Assembly (NCBI GenBank): GCA_011620345.1
Contig: WOZJ01000050.1
Location: forward strand, 215,976 to 258,234
Length of the DNA: 42,259 nucleotides
Direction: 5' to 3'
Source of the DNA: Nitrospirota bacterium
GTDB taxonomy: Bacteria > UBA2233
The notes below the pieces were generated by a model that saw nothing but the letters and a program-made list of their open reading frames with translations, was not told the origin of the DNA and searched no databases. Below are positions 1 to 9,445 of the stretch, piece after piece. Positions within the stretch are counted from its first letter, which is position 1. The number at the start of each line of letters is the position of its first letter. The position numbers and the translations under genes are program-made.

Positions 1-443
1 TTTAGGCCTGGGAACTTACCGTAGAGCTCTTCGAGCTCGTCCACAATTCGTAAGCCTTGGAGGTTGTGCTCAAACCCTCCACAGTCTTGTGTCAGCCGGT
101 TCATCGTAGCCTCCCCCGTATGTCCGAACGGGGGGTGTCCAATATCGTGACCGAGCGCAATCGCCTCGGTTAAATCCTCGTTCAACCCTAACGCCCTGGA
201 GATAGTCCTTGCGATTTGCATGACCTCTAACGTATGGGTTAGCCGAGTTCTGTAGTTGCCGTCCTCGTGATTTACGAACACCTGGGTCTTGTATTCAAGC
301 CGGCGAAATGCTTTAGAGTGGATAATTCTGTCCCTATCCCTTTGGTATTTTGTCCTGTAGGGGTGCTCTTCTTCGGGATAGACCCGCCCCCTAGATAGAT
401 CGTCGGGCGATGCAAAAGGCCCTAAAGGATTTCCTGAATGCAT
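1..443 (-). CDS. dgt: Deoxyguanosinetriphosphate triphosphohydrolase (HD-domain dGTPase), 5' part; runs off the window start
   Basis: Not in the ORF track. Manual translation from ATG at 443 gives [10 protein letters not shown]...[24 protein letters not shown]...[11 protein letters not shown]...[16 protein letters not shown]...[12 protein letters not shown], which are hallmark dGTPase motifs. GGAAGAGA lies upstream. Confidence 0.95.
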   Translation of the reverse strand, partial: MHSGNPLGPFASPDDLSRGRVYPEEEHPYRTKYQRDRDRIIHSKAFRRLEYKTQVFVNHEDGNYRTRLTHTLEVMQIARTISRALGLNEDLTEAIALGHDIGHPPFGHTGEATMNRLTQDCGGFEHNLQGLRIVDELEELYGKFPGL

Positions 444-446
444 CTA

Positions 447-475
447 TTGGCTTCTCTTCCGGTATGTGATAGCAT
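447..475 (+). promoter_or_regulatory. Putative sigma70 promoter for tRNA-Arg
   Basis: TTGGCT(447-452)-17 nt-TAGCAT(470-475) with extended -10 TG at 467-468, 35 nt before the tRNA. Confidence 0.45.
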
Positions 476-509
476 AATCTCTCTTCGAGCCGCAAAGCGT
501 CTCCCTTTG

Positions 510-585
510 GCCCCTGTAGCTCAGTGGATAGAGCAAGGGATTCCTAATCCCTGTGCCGCAGGTTCGATTCCTGCCAGGGGCACCA
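510..585 (+). tRNA. tRNA-Arg(CCT)
   Basis: GCCCCTG/CAGGGGC acceptor stem, AGGGA-TT CCT AA-TCCCT anticodon arm, GGTTCGATTCC T-loop, encoded CCA. Confidence 0.96.
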
Positions 586-607
586 TTTTTTTGCTTTTTG
601 TAACTTT

Positions 608-1570
608 TTATAATGTGATCGCTCCGTTTAACCTGCGTACAGCCTCCTCCATTTGTCGCTTCAAGCCATCGAACAGTTCGTCAACGCTTAGAATTTGCTC
701 AATAAGCCCGACAGCCTGCGAAGCCCAAACAAACCCTTCATCCAGCTTTCCTTCAAGCGCGGCGCGCTGGTTTGCAGCGCCAGAAATGAGAGGAAGAAGC
801 GCATCAAAACCGGCCCCCTTCTGTTCTCGCTCAAGGATATCCAGCGCATAGGGGATTTTAAGCGCTCTCCCCGGACGCTGAAGGGACCGCTCGATCACGA
901 CCGTATCATGAACACCGGCAGAAACGAGCATTTTTTTGTATGCTTCGTGTGCCACGCACTCTTTAGTTGCTACAAAGCGGGTTCCCATCTCGACTCCTTG
1001 TGCTCCCATAGCCAACGCAGCCACGATTTGCGAGCCTGTCATAAACCCGCCGGAGGCCACGACAGGGATTGTGATTGCCCTTACAACCTCTGGAACCAGC
1101 ACGGTTGATCCGATGTCGTCTCGGCCGATGTGTCCTCCCCCTTCCATGCCGACGGCAATCACCGCATCGACACCGAGCGTTTCCGCTTTCTTGGCCTGCT
1201 TTGGAGAAGAAACCAGGACAAGGACCTTAACGAGAGTTCCTTCAAGCTTTGACAGGACATGCTCAGGGTTGCCTGCCGTCAACGTTACGGCAGGAACCTC
1301 TTCTTCGATGACGGCTTCGATAAACGGAGAAACATCAAGCCTACCAAGGGCAATGTTCACCGCAAAGGGCTTCTCGCTTAGTCGACGAAACTCTCTAATC
1401 TCCTCAACGAGCGCTTCTTTGGTGCCGAGCGTTACGGCCGTTATTTGGCCAAGCCCTCCGGCGTTGGAAACGGCAGCAGCCAGCCTTGCTCTTGCAAGGT
1501 AGGCGAGCCCCCCTTGAATCAACGGGAAAGAAATTCCCAGCATTTCCGTGAGGCGTGTTCGAATGTACAA
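608..1570 (-). CDS. Nitronate monooxygenase / FabK-like flavin oxidoreductase
   Basis: N-terminal TRLTEMLGISFPLIQGG, AAAVSNAGGLG, EGGGH (catalytic His), IPVVASGG, GVEMGTRF; TTG start. Confidence 0.9.
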   Translation of the reverse strand: MYIRTRLTEMLGISFPLIQGGLAYLARARLAAAVSNAGGLGQITAVTLGTKEALVEEIREFRRLSEKPFAVNIALGRLDVSPFIEAVIEEEVPAVTLTAGNPEHVLSKLEGTLVKVLVLVSSPKQAKKAETLGVDAVIAVGMEGGGHIGRDDIGSTVLVPEVVRAITIPVVASGGFMTGSQIVAALAMGAQGVEMGTRFVATKECVAHEAYKKMLVSAGVHDTVVIERSLQRPGRALKIPYALDILEREQKGAGFDALLPLISGAANQRAALEGKLDEGFVWASQAVGLIEQILSVDELFDGLKRQMEEAVRRLNGAITL

Positions 1571-1588
1571 GGCAGCCCTCCTCCGGAG

Positions 1589-3079
1589 CTAAAAACGGGA
1601 ACGGTAGAGCCAAGCAAGCCCGCGCTCGATCATTCTGGCAACCGACTTCGAATAAGGGTACCAAACGACCTCTCGATTTGGCGCAAAACGAGGCAATAGT
1701 ACGCTCTGTGATCTTACAAAACGGCGAATTCCCTCCTTGCCGTGCCGTGTTCCGTAGCCGCTCTGTTTTATGCCTCCAAAAGGTAACTCGGGCACCATAA
1801 AATTTGTCAATGCCTCATTGATGCATACGCTTCCCGATTCTAGTCTACGGCTAAGCAGAAGGGCCTTTTTTTGGTTACCCCATACGCTTGCAGACAATCC
1901 ATATGTCGATTGGTTTGCGGCAGCCAGAGCCTCCTCGCCGTCCTTCACTTTCTGGATAGCAACGATTGGTCCAAAGCTCTCTTCGTCCATGATGGCCATG
2001 CCCGGCCTTACGTCGACAACGACGGTAGGCTCAAAAAAATATCCACCAAGCGATGAAATTCGTTTTCCACCCGCTAAAACTTTAGCCCCTTTGGCCAACG
2101 CATCCTCAATATGGCGCTCGACGGTTTGCAGCTGGGCATGGGTGGTCATAGAACCCATGTCTACCGAAAACTTTTCATCTATTCCCATTCTCAAGCCTTT
2201 AACTTCTTTTAGCACTAGGCTTACAAACGCCTCGTACACAGCTTCTGTAGCATAGATGCGCTCAATCGAAACGCAAGTTTGGCCAGCATTGAACAAGGAC
2301 CCCCACACAATCCCCTTGGCGATCCTCTTGAGATCCCCTCCTTCCAAGACGATGGCGGGATCTTTGCCGCCAAGCTCAAGGCTAAAAGGCTTGAGCACAC
2401 GGGCGCAAGCTTCGGCAATCTTGAGTCCGGTACTGTGGCTACCCGTAAAAGCCACCATGTCCGAGTGGCGTACGACGTGCTCGCCCGTTTTGCCGTTGCC
2501 CGTGGCGGTTTGGTATACCCCTTCCGGCAGTTCCGCCCTGCGAAAGATATCCTGAATCAGGAGTGCGGTAAGGGGCGTAAATTCTGAGGGCTTAAGGATA
2601 ACGCAATTTCCGGCGATAAGCGCGGGGCCTGCATCGCAAAGAGGGAGGAGAAATGGGTAATTCCAAGGGGAAATTACGCCAACAACACCCCTTGGAAAAT
2701 ACCGAATAAACACCTTTTTGAGAAATCGCATCGGCCCATGGGGTGTTCTACTTTCGTCTTTGAGGAAAGATTTGGCGTGTTTTCTGTAGAATGTGAGGAT
2801 ATTGATGGCTCCGAATAGCTCATACAGCGCTTCCGTCCTCGTTTTGCCCGTTTCGAGGCATATCGTATCCAAGATTCTTTCTTTTTCATCAATGAAGGCG
2901 TCTATGGCACGCCTGATTCGTTGAGCTCTCTGTTTGACCTCCAAATCTTTCCAACCGATAAAGGCCTCTTTTGCCCGCTTCACCAAAAAGACAATATCCT
3001 CCTCGCCCATCAAGGGTACTTGACCCAACTTCTCGAGCGTTGCCGGAGACTCAACCTGGAGAAAGCGGCCGGTATCCAT
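1589..3079 (-). CDS. Aldehyde dehydrogenase family protein
   Basis: GVVGVISPWNYP, LKPSEFTP, FTGS, LELGGKDP (Glu), FNAGQTCVS (Cys), EESFGP, PFGGIKQSG. Confidence 0.95.
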   Translation of the reverse strand: MDTGRFLQVESPATLEKLGQVPLMGEEDIVFLVKRAKEAFIGWKDLEVKQRAQRIRRAIDAFIDEKERILDTICLETGKTRTEALYELFGAINILTFYRKHAKSFLKDESRTPHGPMRFLKKVFIRYFPRGVVGVISPWNYPFLLPLCDAGPALIAGNCVILKPSEFTPLTALLIQDIFRRAELPEGVYQTATGNGKTGEHVVRHSDMVAFTGSHSTGLKIAEACARVLKPFSLELGGKDPAIVLEGGDLKRIAKGIVWGSLFNAGQTCVSIERIYATEAVYEAFVSLVLKEVKGLRMGIDEKFSVDMGSMTTHAQLQTVERHIEDALAKGAKVLAGGKRISSLGGYFFEPTVVVDVRPGMAIMDEESFGPIVAIQKVKDGEEALAAANQSTYGLSASVWGNQKKALLLSRRLESGSVCINEALTNFMVPELPFGGIKQSGYGTRHGKEGIRRFVRSQSVLLPRFAPNREVVWYPYSKSVARMIERGLAWLYRSRF

Positions 3080-3217
3080 TAGTAACCCCTATAGAATGCT
3101 ACGTTACGTGCGTATCTCGGTAAACTATCGTACCATCTGGTGATTTCTGGGGCCAACCTCCGCAAAAAAGGCGGGGCCTTCTTTGGTCCCCCTAGAGATC
3201 AAGCCTTTCCCTTCTGC

Positions 3218-4327
3218 CTAGGATGACGCAGGTCGCTCCGGCCGAAAGAAGCGCCCAAACATGTAAGCTACAAAAGCCAGCCCAAGGATAAACAACGCAA
3301 AAAAGATGGCCATGGGGCCAACCTGGTAGCGGACGCTAAGGGGCGCTGCGTGAAAGTATGGCGCAATAAAGGCATCTCGAAGGCGGTCCCGTACAATCGC
3401 CATAAAAACGACCCCAAGGGCCGAGAGAATCAGCGCTGCCCATGCCAACCTACGGGGATCTTTAGCCTGGAACGCCGAAGATATCGCGAAAATCGCGGCA
3501 AGGCCAAGCATAATTCCTAAAAGCAACGAAATCGTCCCAAAGGCGCTTTGTCCTAGAAAAAGCTGCCTAAAAGGTGCGGAAAGGCTAAAAAGAAACCCAA
3601 AACCCGCCACCATGGCAAGACCCGTGATATAGATGAACCACCTGCCGCCATGCTCGATCAAAAACCTGCCATAATCAGGCTCTTTCTTAAAATGAAACAG
3701 GCCTAATGCAACCACAAAGAGTGAGCCAACCCCGAAAGCCGCCAAAAGCATGTGGGCGTACCGGAAAATAAGCGTTGGCTCGCTTAAGTTCAGCCGCATT
3801 CCTGTTGGGTCCGCTATATACATGGCAAACCATTTTTCCGGCGTGATGAGCAATGTCATGTTGTTGACGAAGAGAAAGGCGATAAGCAGAAAAAAAACGA
3901 GGGCCAGGAATACGCTCAGGTCAATTAATTTTGAAGCGCGGTTCTTCCACCAACTCCCGATGTACAAGCTATAGTAGGCAACGAGCAGTAGAGCAATGAC
4001 CATAAGCCACGGCCATGCAATCAGCACGGACGATGTGAAAAAAAAGTTGCCGAAGAGCACCTGGATAAAAAGCAAGGGGACAATTCCAAACGTGATTGCC
4101 GGAGAAAGGAGAGAGGTTGTCGAATGCATAAGGCTATCAGAAAGGCGCCTGTGTTCGGGAGTTTCCCCGAACCAACGCGTCCAAAGGCCGATGAGTGTCG
4201 CGCCGAGCACGCCATTGATTGCAAGGATATGAAGGACAAACCCCAATACCAGCAGTACCTCAAGAAGCCAGACGGCTGCCGGAAGGGGCGTAGGGTCAGC
4301 GTAAGGCACAACGGCTTGCGCGTTCAT
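3218..4327 (-). CDS. Polytopic membrane protein, probable partner subunit of the adjacent CydA-like/cytochrome c protein
   Basis: About 9 hydrophobic segments, membrane His residues (VLHIL, YAHML), GGAGG RBS, 19 nt downstream of the CydA-like gene. Confidence 0.7.
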   Translation of the reverse strand: MNAQAVVPYADPTPLPAAVWLLEVLLVLGFVLHILAINGVLGATLIGLWTRWFGETPEHRRLSDSLMHSTTSLLSPAITFGIVPLLFIQVLFGNFFFTSSVLIAWPWLMVIALLLVAYYSLYIGSWWKNRASKLIDLSVFLALVFFLLIAFLFVNNMTLLITPEKWFAMYIADPTGMRLNLSEPTLIFRYAHMLLAAFGVGSLFVVALGLFHFKKEPDYGRFLIEHGGRWFIYITGLAMVAGFGFLFSLSAPFRQLFLGQSAFGTISLLLGIMLGLAAIFAISSAFQAKDPRRLAWAALILSALGVVFMAIVRDRLRDAFIAPYFHAAPLSVRYQVGPMAIFFALFILGLAFVAYMFGRFFRPERPASS

Positions 4328-4346
4328 GTCTCATTCCTCCAGGCGT

Positions 4347-5666
4347 TCACGAATTTGATTGCACCACGGATGTCAAGAAGTGCGAAAGGGCCTCCTTTTC
4401 TTTTGCGGTCCCCGCAAAAGGCGGCATGACGCTTGAAGTCGGGATTTTGTCCAGTACGCCAAGGATTGCAAGAATTGCCGGCTGGCCTGTGAGCTGTTTG
4501 CGCCGCAACAGCCAGCCGATATCCCTGTAGCCTCCTAACGAATGACAGGCCTGGCATTCGAGACGAAAGATCTCCCGACCGGCCTGGATCATGTTGTCTT
4601 CATGAATTTCGCGTGTTTGGACCCAATTTGCCGTCCGAAGGACTCCTCTCTCGTTCAAAGTAGGAAGGTTGAGTCCTCTATCCCCATCCAATGGGACGCT
4701 GTAGATAGAGTTGCCGTACATGTACCCAAAAATTACGTAAGGTTTTCGAAGGATTTCTCGAAGGAGTTCGAACGAGGCAACCGTAGAGAAGGCTGCAAGG
4801 AACACGAGCAAAGAAAGGACAAGGGGCGTTCTCTTAGCCAAAAGCCAGGCAATGAACGCGAACACGAAGGCAAGAAAGGCGCTTAAGCCAATAAGCATGG
4901 CAGAGTGCGTCGCTGCAGGCAGCGTGCCCTTTGCGAAAGCCCAAACTGCCGGGGGGATGCTCTGGGTATACCAGTACGCAGCCGGTATGGCAAGAATGGC
5001 GTTGAGGAGCACCCAGATGGAGCTCCATCTTACAACCTTGGCCTTCAGAGCTGGATCTTTTTGCCAAGCCGCCGTGATGAGCGCGTAGACGCCTGCAAGC
5101 GCAAAGCTTAAAAATGAGCGAAAGAATAGGGAGGGGAAGTAGGTCGGGTTAAAAAAACCGTTCCATACCTGAAAGTCTTCGAGCCACTTGCCAGGAGTCA
5201 ACATGAAATCGATGATACCGTTGATGGTAAACAGGCTCATCCATGCGGCAATGAAGTAAACCCAGCCAAACCAAAGATGGGTCCTTCGGTCGAGCTTTTC
5301 CCAGCCGTAGTAGTACATCAAGGCCGCGACAATCTCGATCAAGAAAAACACCCACTCGATCCCGAAAAACCAGACAAAAATATGTATGAGAGCGCTCGTT
5401 CCTTGCGGGTGAACAAGTGCAATCGTCCACCAGATGCCGACCCCGGTTACGGCCCCCCATACTACCGTCACCAGCACAAAAAACGCGGAGTGAAGCTTGA
5501 GCCAGGAAAGGAGCCCGGAGTCATTTTCGCGGTAAGCTTTTCTCTCCGTAAGGACAAGGAACAGTCCTCCGCCCACTGCAAAGTGAGAAACGAACACGTG
5601 GACAACGGCTACGATGGCGATCAAAATACCCGATCCAAACCAAACGTCCCATACAGGAAAGTTCAT
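4347..5666 (-). CDS. Cytochrome bd subunit I (CydA)-superfamily membrane protein with C-terminal c-type heme domain
   Basis: VHVFVSHFAVGGG, GAVTGVGIW, IEWVFFLIE, FMLTPG, FFNPTY, ELLREILRKPY resemble the CydA core; CQACH heme-c motif with downstream MPPF distal Met. Confidence 0.85.
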   Translation of the reverse strand: MNFPVWDVWFGSGILIAIVAVVHVFVSHFAVGGGLFLVLTERKAYRENDSGLLSWLKLHSAFFVLVTVVWGAVTGVGIWWTIALVHPQGTSALIHIFVWFFGIEWVFFLIEIVAALMYYYGWEKLDRRTHLWFGWVYFIAAWMSLFTINGIIDFMLTPGKWLEDFQVWNGFFNPTYFPSLFFRSFLSFALAGVYALITAAWQKDPALKAKVVRWSSIWVLLNAILAIPAAYWYTQSIPPAVWAFAKGTLPAATHSAMLIGLSAFLAFVFAFIAWLLAKRTPLVLSLLVFLAAFSTVASFELLREILRKPYVIFGYMYGNSIYSVPLDGDRGLNLPTLNERGVLRTANWVQTREIHEDNMIQAGREIFRLECQACHSLGGYRDIGWLLRRKQLTGQPAILAILGVLDKIPTSSVMPPFAGTAKEKEALSHFLTSVVQSNS

Positions 5667-5834
5667 CCCTCTTCCCCCTTTTTGCCCTCATAAATCGCAA
5701 CACAAAGCAGGGTTGCTAGCTCGAGTATTTATCGAACGCAATGTAGATAAAAAACCTCCAAGCCGTTGGTTAGGGTATAGCGTACACCAGCAAAATTGGG
5801 ATTAAAAGACGACGTATAAGACAAAAAAGGGAGG

Positions 5835-5928
5835 TGGCGGAGAGAGTGGGATTCGAACCCACGGTACCCCTTTTTGGGGTACAGTCGCTTAGCAGGCGAC
5901 CGCCTTCGACCTACTCGGCCATCTCTCC
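5835..5928 (-). tRNA. tRNA-Ser(GCT)
   Basis: Reverse complement GGAGAGATGGCCGAGTAGG...GTCGC CT GCT AA GCGAC, long variable arm GTACCCC-AAAAA-GGGGTAC, GGTTCGAATCC, TCTCTCCGCCA. Confidence 0.96.
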
Positions 5929-5944
5929 GAAAAAACGCTCGACC

Positions 5945-6033
5945 TGGCGGAGGAGGTAGGATTTGAACCTACGGTGCGGAAAACGCACAACGGTTTTCAA
6001 GACCGCCGCCTTAAGCCGCTCGGCCACTCCTCC
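5945..6033 (-). tRNA. tRNA-Ser(TGA)
   Basis: Reverse complement GGAGGAGTGGCCGAGCGG...GCGGT CT TGA AA ACCGT, variable arm GTGCG-TTTTC-CGCAC, GGTTCAAATCC, CCTCCGCCA. Confidence 0.96.
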
Positions 6034-6042
6034 ACGACCTTT

Positions 6043-6071
6043 ACTTTAGTAGTTTTACCGTCAGCGATCAA
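6043..6071 (-). promoter_or_regulatory. Putative sigma70 promoter for the tRNA-Ser pair, overlapping the serS stop
   Basis: Minus strand TTGATC-17 nt-TAAAGT, 9 nt upstream of tRNA-Ser(TGA). Confidence 0.45.
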
Positions 6072-7360
6072 CCATCAACCCTCAAAACTTCCTGGCCGTT
6101 CATAAAGGGTCTCAGCGCCTTCGGTAGGATAACCGACCCGTCTTCAGCCTGCCCGTTCTCTAAGATTGCCGCAAGGGTTCTGCCAACGGCCAGGCCTGAC
6201 CCGTTGAGCGTGTGGACAAAGCGGTTTTTGCCAGTGGCTTTTTCTTTGTATCGAATCGCACCCCGTCTTGCCTGAAAATCGCCAAAATTACTGCAGGAGG
6301 ATATCTCCCTGTAGGTATACTGGGAAGGAAACCATACTTCGATATCGTACGTCTTTCTGGCTGCAAACCCAAGATCCCCAGTGCATAAGACAACCACTCG
6401 GTATGGAAGCTCCAGCTCTTGCAAAACCCTTTCTGCATGGCAAAGGAGTTCTTCAAGAGCCGCTTCGGAGCCTTCCGGATTGACAAAGCGAACCAACTCA
6501 ACCTTGTCGAACTGGTGCTGACGGATCAGCCCTCGAACGTCCTTGCCGTGAGATCCAGCCTCCCTTCTGAAGCAGGGCGTATAGGCCGTATAGCATAAAG
6601 GCAGCACGTCTTCGTCAAGGATTTCCCCCCTATGAATATTTGTAACGGGCACCTCGGCGGTAGGGATCAAGTAGAGCTCATCAAGGCCGATGGAGTAGAG
6701 GTCATTCTGAAACTTTGGAAGCTGCCCTGTGCAGAGCATGCTTTGGGCATTTACAAGAAGAGGCGGGGAGACTTCTTTGTAGGCGTGCTTAGAAGTGTGC
6801 AGATCCAGCATGAACGCGATCAAGGCACGCACGAGCCTGGCACCCTGGCCGATGAACAAAGGAAAGCGTGCCCCCGCGATCTTGCTCGCCCGGTCGAGGT
6901 CCAGAATGCCTAACGATTGAGCAATCTCGACATGCCCTCTTACAGGAGAACGAAACGCCCTCGGTTCAAGGTAGCGCCGAACCTCAAGATTGTGCGCTTC
7001 GTCTAGGCCGATAGGTATGGATTCATCGGGCAAGTTTGGCAGTCCCAGGAGGATGTCCTGAAGCTCTTGCTCTACTATGGATAAGTCTTTCTCGAGTTTC
7101 GCGATGGTCTCGGAGACCACCTGCAACCCCTCCATAAGGTAGCTTGGATCTTGGCCATCGAGCTTTGTCCTGGCAACTTGTTTGGAGCCCGCGTTGCGCT
7201 TTTTCTTCAGGTCTTCTACGCGCTGAATGAGTTCGCGCCGTTGTTTATCGAGCTCGAGAAAGCGTTTGAGCTGGTCTTCTAGAAAGGGGTCTTCCCCCCT
7301 TGTCTTGAGACGCTCGACGACGAATTCTGGATTTTCACGAATGAACTTTGAGTCGAGCAT
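6068..7360 (-). CDS. serS: Serine--tRNA ligase
   Basis: [12 protein letters not shown] start with [58 protein letters not shown]. Confidence 0.98.
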   Translation of the reverse strand: MLDSKFIRENPEFVVERLKTRGEDPFLEDQLKRFLELDKQRRELIQRVEDLKKKRNAGSKQVARTKLDGQDPSYLMEGLQVVSETIAKLEKDLSIVEQELQDILLGLPNLPDESIPIGLDEAHNLEVRRYLEPRAFRSPVRGHVEIAQSLGILDLDRASKIAGARFPLFIGQGARLVRALIAFMLDLHTSKHAYKEVSPPLLVNAQSMLCTGQLPKFQNDLYSIGLDELYLIPTAEVPVTNIHRGEILDEDVLPLCYTAYTPCFRREAGSHGKDVRGLIRQHQFDKVELVRFVNPEGSEAALEELLCHAERVLQELELPYRVVVLCTGDLGFAARKTYDIEVWFPSQYTYREISSCSNFGDFQARRGAIRYKEKATGKNRFVHTLNGSGLAVGRTLAAILENGQAEDGSVILPKALRPFMNGQEVLRVDG

Positions 7361-7361
7361 T

Positions 7362-9368
7362 CTATCCTCTGTATGTTTGCCTAGAAAATTGGCTGCTCCC
7401 AACGAGGGATGAAAGCCATCCCTCGTTGGGAGATGGAGCTCGCTCCATCAATTCACGAGGAATGTCTTCCAAGAACGGCGAGGGTTCTCTCGGCTCTTTG
7501 CCCATTGGGCCGAAACGATACCTGCATAAGGACAGAAAGAGTCGCTCTTTGGCACGCGTAACGCCGACATAAAACAACCTTCTTTCCTCCTCGATCTGGT
7601 TGGGAAGATCCCTGCAAAGACTGTGCGGCAAAAGGCTGTCCTCGAGTCCGACAAGGAATACGAACGGGAACTCCAGCCCTTTTGCTTGATGAAGCGTCAT
7701 TAAGAGCACCTGACCGGTGCGCGACCCTGCCTGATCGAGGTCTGTCATCAGTGAGACATGGTCGAGATAGTCCTGAAGTTCCATTGTTCCTTGGGTTGCC
7801 TCAAGGGAGCGCGCCAGCGCGACCATTTCGTAGAGATTCTCTACGCGTTCTTTCGCTTCGCGCTCTGGTTTTGAAAGGAGCGCCGCTTCAAGGCCGCTTT
7901 CATTGATGACGCAAAGAAGCCCATCGGAAAGCGACGATGCGTTTTTTATTCCCTCATCCATCTCTTGCAACTTCTTTCCGAGCGCAAGAAGCTTTTTTGC
8001 CTGGGATTTTAGCGGGGCTGGCAACATTTCGGTCGTCAGCAGGGTTAGGTAGTCATGGCTAAGCTGTTCTTTGAGGTCCGAAAGCTTTTGAAGCGTGACC
8101 TCGCCAATTCCTTTTGGGGGGTTCTGCGCCAGCCTATAAAGGCTTAACGTATCGCATGGGTTGGCTAAAAACTTCAGGTAGGCAAGGAGGTCTTTAATCT
8201 CCCTTCTTTGGTAAAATTTTACGCCGCCTAGGATCAAATAAGGAATTCCAAGGCCTAAAAGTGCCTCTTCAAGCGCCCGAGATTGCGCGTTGGTCCTGTA
8301 GAGGATGGCGATTTCGCCGGGATTTTTACCATCGTTGATTAGCCTTTTAATGGCCTCGGCAGCCATCCTTCCTTCTTCAAACTCGTTCGATGCCTCGATA
8401 AGTTGGATCGGAGACCCTTTGGCGTTTTCCGTCCAAAGCGTTTTGCCTCGCCTAAAGTTATTTTTTTTGATGACGCCGTTCGCCGCCTCTAGAATGACCC
8501 GGGTGCTCCGGTAGTTCTGCTCAAGCCGAAACACTTGAGGCTCGGAGAAATCCTCTTCAAACCGAAGGATAGAGGCTAGGTTGGCCCCCCTCCAGCCGTA
8601 GATTGACTGATCGTCATCCCCAACGGCAAATAGAGGCCTGTTGGGCTGGCATAAGAGCTTCAAGAGGCGGTACTGGGTAAAATTGATGTCTTGGAATTCG
8701 TCGACGAATACATGGCTGAAGCGTCGTCGCGCCTCCTCAAAGATTCCTGGATCCTGCTCGAGCAGTCTTACGGGCCTAAGCAAGAGATCGCCGAAATCAG
8801 CCAAGTTCTCCTTTTTCAAGTAGGCTTCGTAGGCTTTTAGGATCTCAAACAGGGCAAGCCCGCGCGTCTTGGCCAAGAAAGGGTTTATGGACTCTATCGC
8901 CTGCTCGAAGGTCAACATGCTGTCCTTCATTTTTGCCAGCACTTGGGCGATCAACCCGGAATCTATGCGTTTGTCCTGAACGTTGGCCGCTCCTATGAGC
9001 CTCTTGAGAAGCCTTGTTTGGTCTGCATCGTCCAAAATACCGGGTCGGAATCCTGCAAACGAACGTAGAAACCAAAGCCCGAAGCTGTGGAAGGTTGAGG
9101 CCATAACTTCTCCCCCTACCCCAATTCCCAACATATCGGTAAGACGCTCGCGCATCTCTCTGGCGGCCTTGTTCGTAAAGGTTATGGCCAGTACGCTCCT
9201 TGGATTGACGCCCTTGGCGGTAAGATAAGCAATCCTTGTCGTGAGTACCCTCGTCTTTCCAGATCCCGCACCCGCCAAGACGAGCGTAGGACGCTCCGGC
9301 GCCATGACGATTTCTTTCTGAGCTGGGTTTAGTGTCTGGATCAGCCGGTTAATATCAAAACAGTCCAT
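7362..9368 (-). CDS. UvrD/PcrA/Rep family ATP-dependent DNA helicase
   Basis: [71 protein letters not shown]. Confidence 0.96.
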   Translation of the reverse strand: MDCFDINRLIQTLNPAQKEIVMAPERPTLVLAGAGSGKTRVLTTRIAYLTAKGVNPRSVLAITFTNKAAREMRERLTDMLGIGVGGEVMASTFHSFGLWFLRSFAGFRPGILDDADQTRLLKRLIGAANVQDKRIDSGLIAQVLAKMKDSMLTFEQAIESINPFLAKTRGLALFEILKAYEAYLKKENLADFGDLLLRPVRLLEQDPGIFEEARRRFSHVFVDEFQDINFTQYRLLKLLCQPNRPLFAVGDDDQSIYGWRGANLASILRFEEDFSEPQVFRLEQNYRSTRVILEAANGVIKKNNFRRGKTLWTENAKGSPIQLIEASNEFEEGRMAAEAIKRLINDGKNPGEIAILYRTNAQSRALEEALLGLGIPYLILGGVKFYQRREIKDLLAYLKFLANPCDTLSLYRLAQNPPKGIGEVTLQKLSDLKEQLSHDYLTLLTTEMLPAPLKSQAKKLLALGKKLQEMDEGIKNASSLSDGLLCVINESGLEAALLSKPEREAKERVENLYEMVALARSLEATQGTMELQDYLDHVSLMTDLDQAGSRTGQVLLMTLHQAKGLEFPFVFLVGLEDSLLPHSLCRDLPNQIEEERRLFYVGVTRAKERLFLSLCRYRFGPMGKEPREPSPFLEDIPRELMERAPSPNEGWLSSLVGSSQFSRQTYRG
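7396..7449. repeat. Abutting inverted repeats: perfect 16-bp hairpin plus 8-bp hairpin
   Basis: CTCCCAACGAGGGATG(7396-7411)-AAAGC-CATCCCTCGTTGGGAG(7417-7432); GATGGAGC(7432-7439)-TC-GCTCCATC(7442-7449). Confidence 0.9.
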
Positions 9369-9445
9369 CCCTTGGCCTTACCGTTTCTTTTTAGTGTCCC
9401 ATACGAAGCCATCGAAAAAAAAGCGTGCAGAATGGGGGAAGTTCC

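Noticed and set aside
438-851. 137-aa plus-strand ORF
   Set aside because: Overlaps tRNA-Arg and is antisense to the nitronate monooxygenase; shadow ORF
3149-3191. GC-rich imperfect inverted repeat as a terminator after the CydA-like operon
   Set aside because: The stem is interrupted and has no properly placed U-tract; cannot be supported as a terminator
586-5834. 5.2 kb bracketed by inward-facing tRNA-Arg and tRNA-Ser 3' ends as a possible genomic island
   Set aside because: No integrase or transposase, no duplicated tRNA 3' end (att) seen, and composition similar to the flanks
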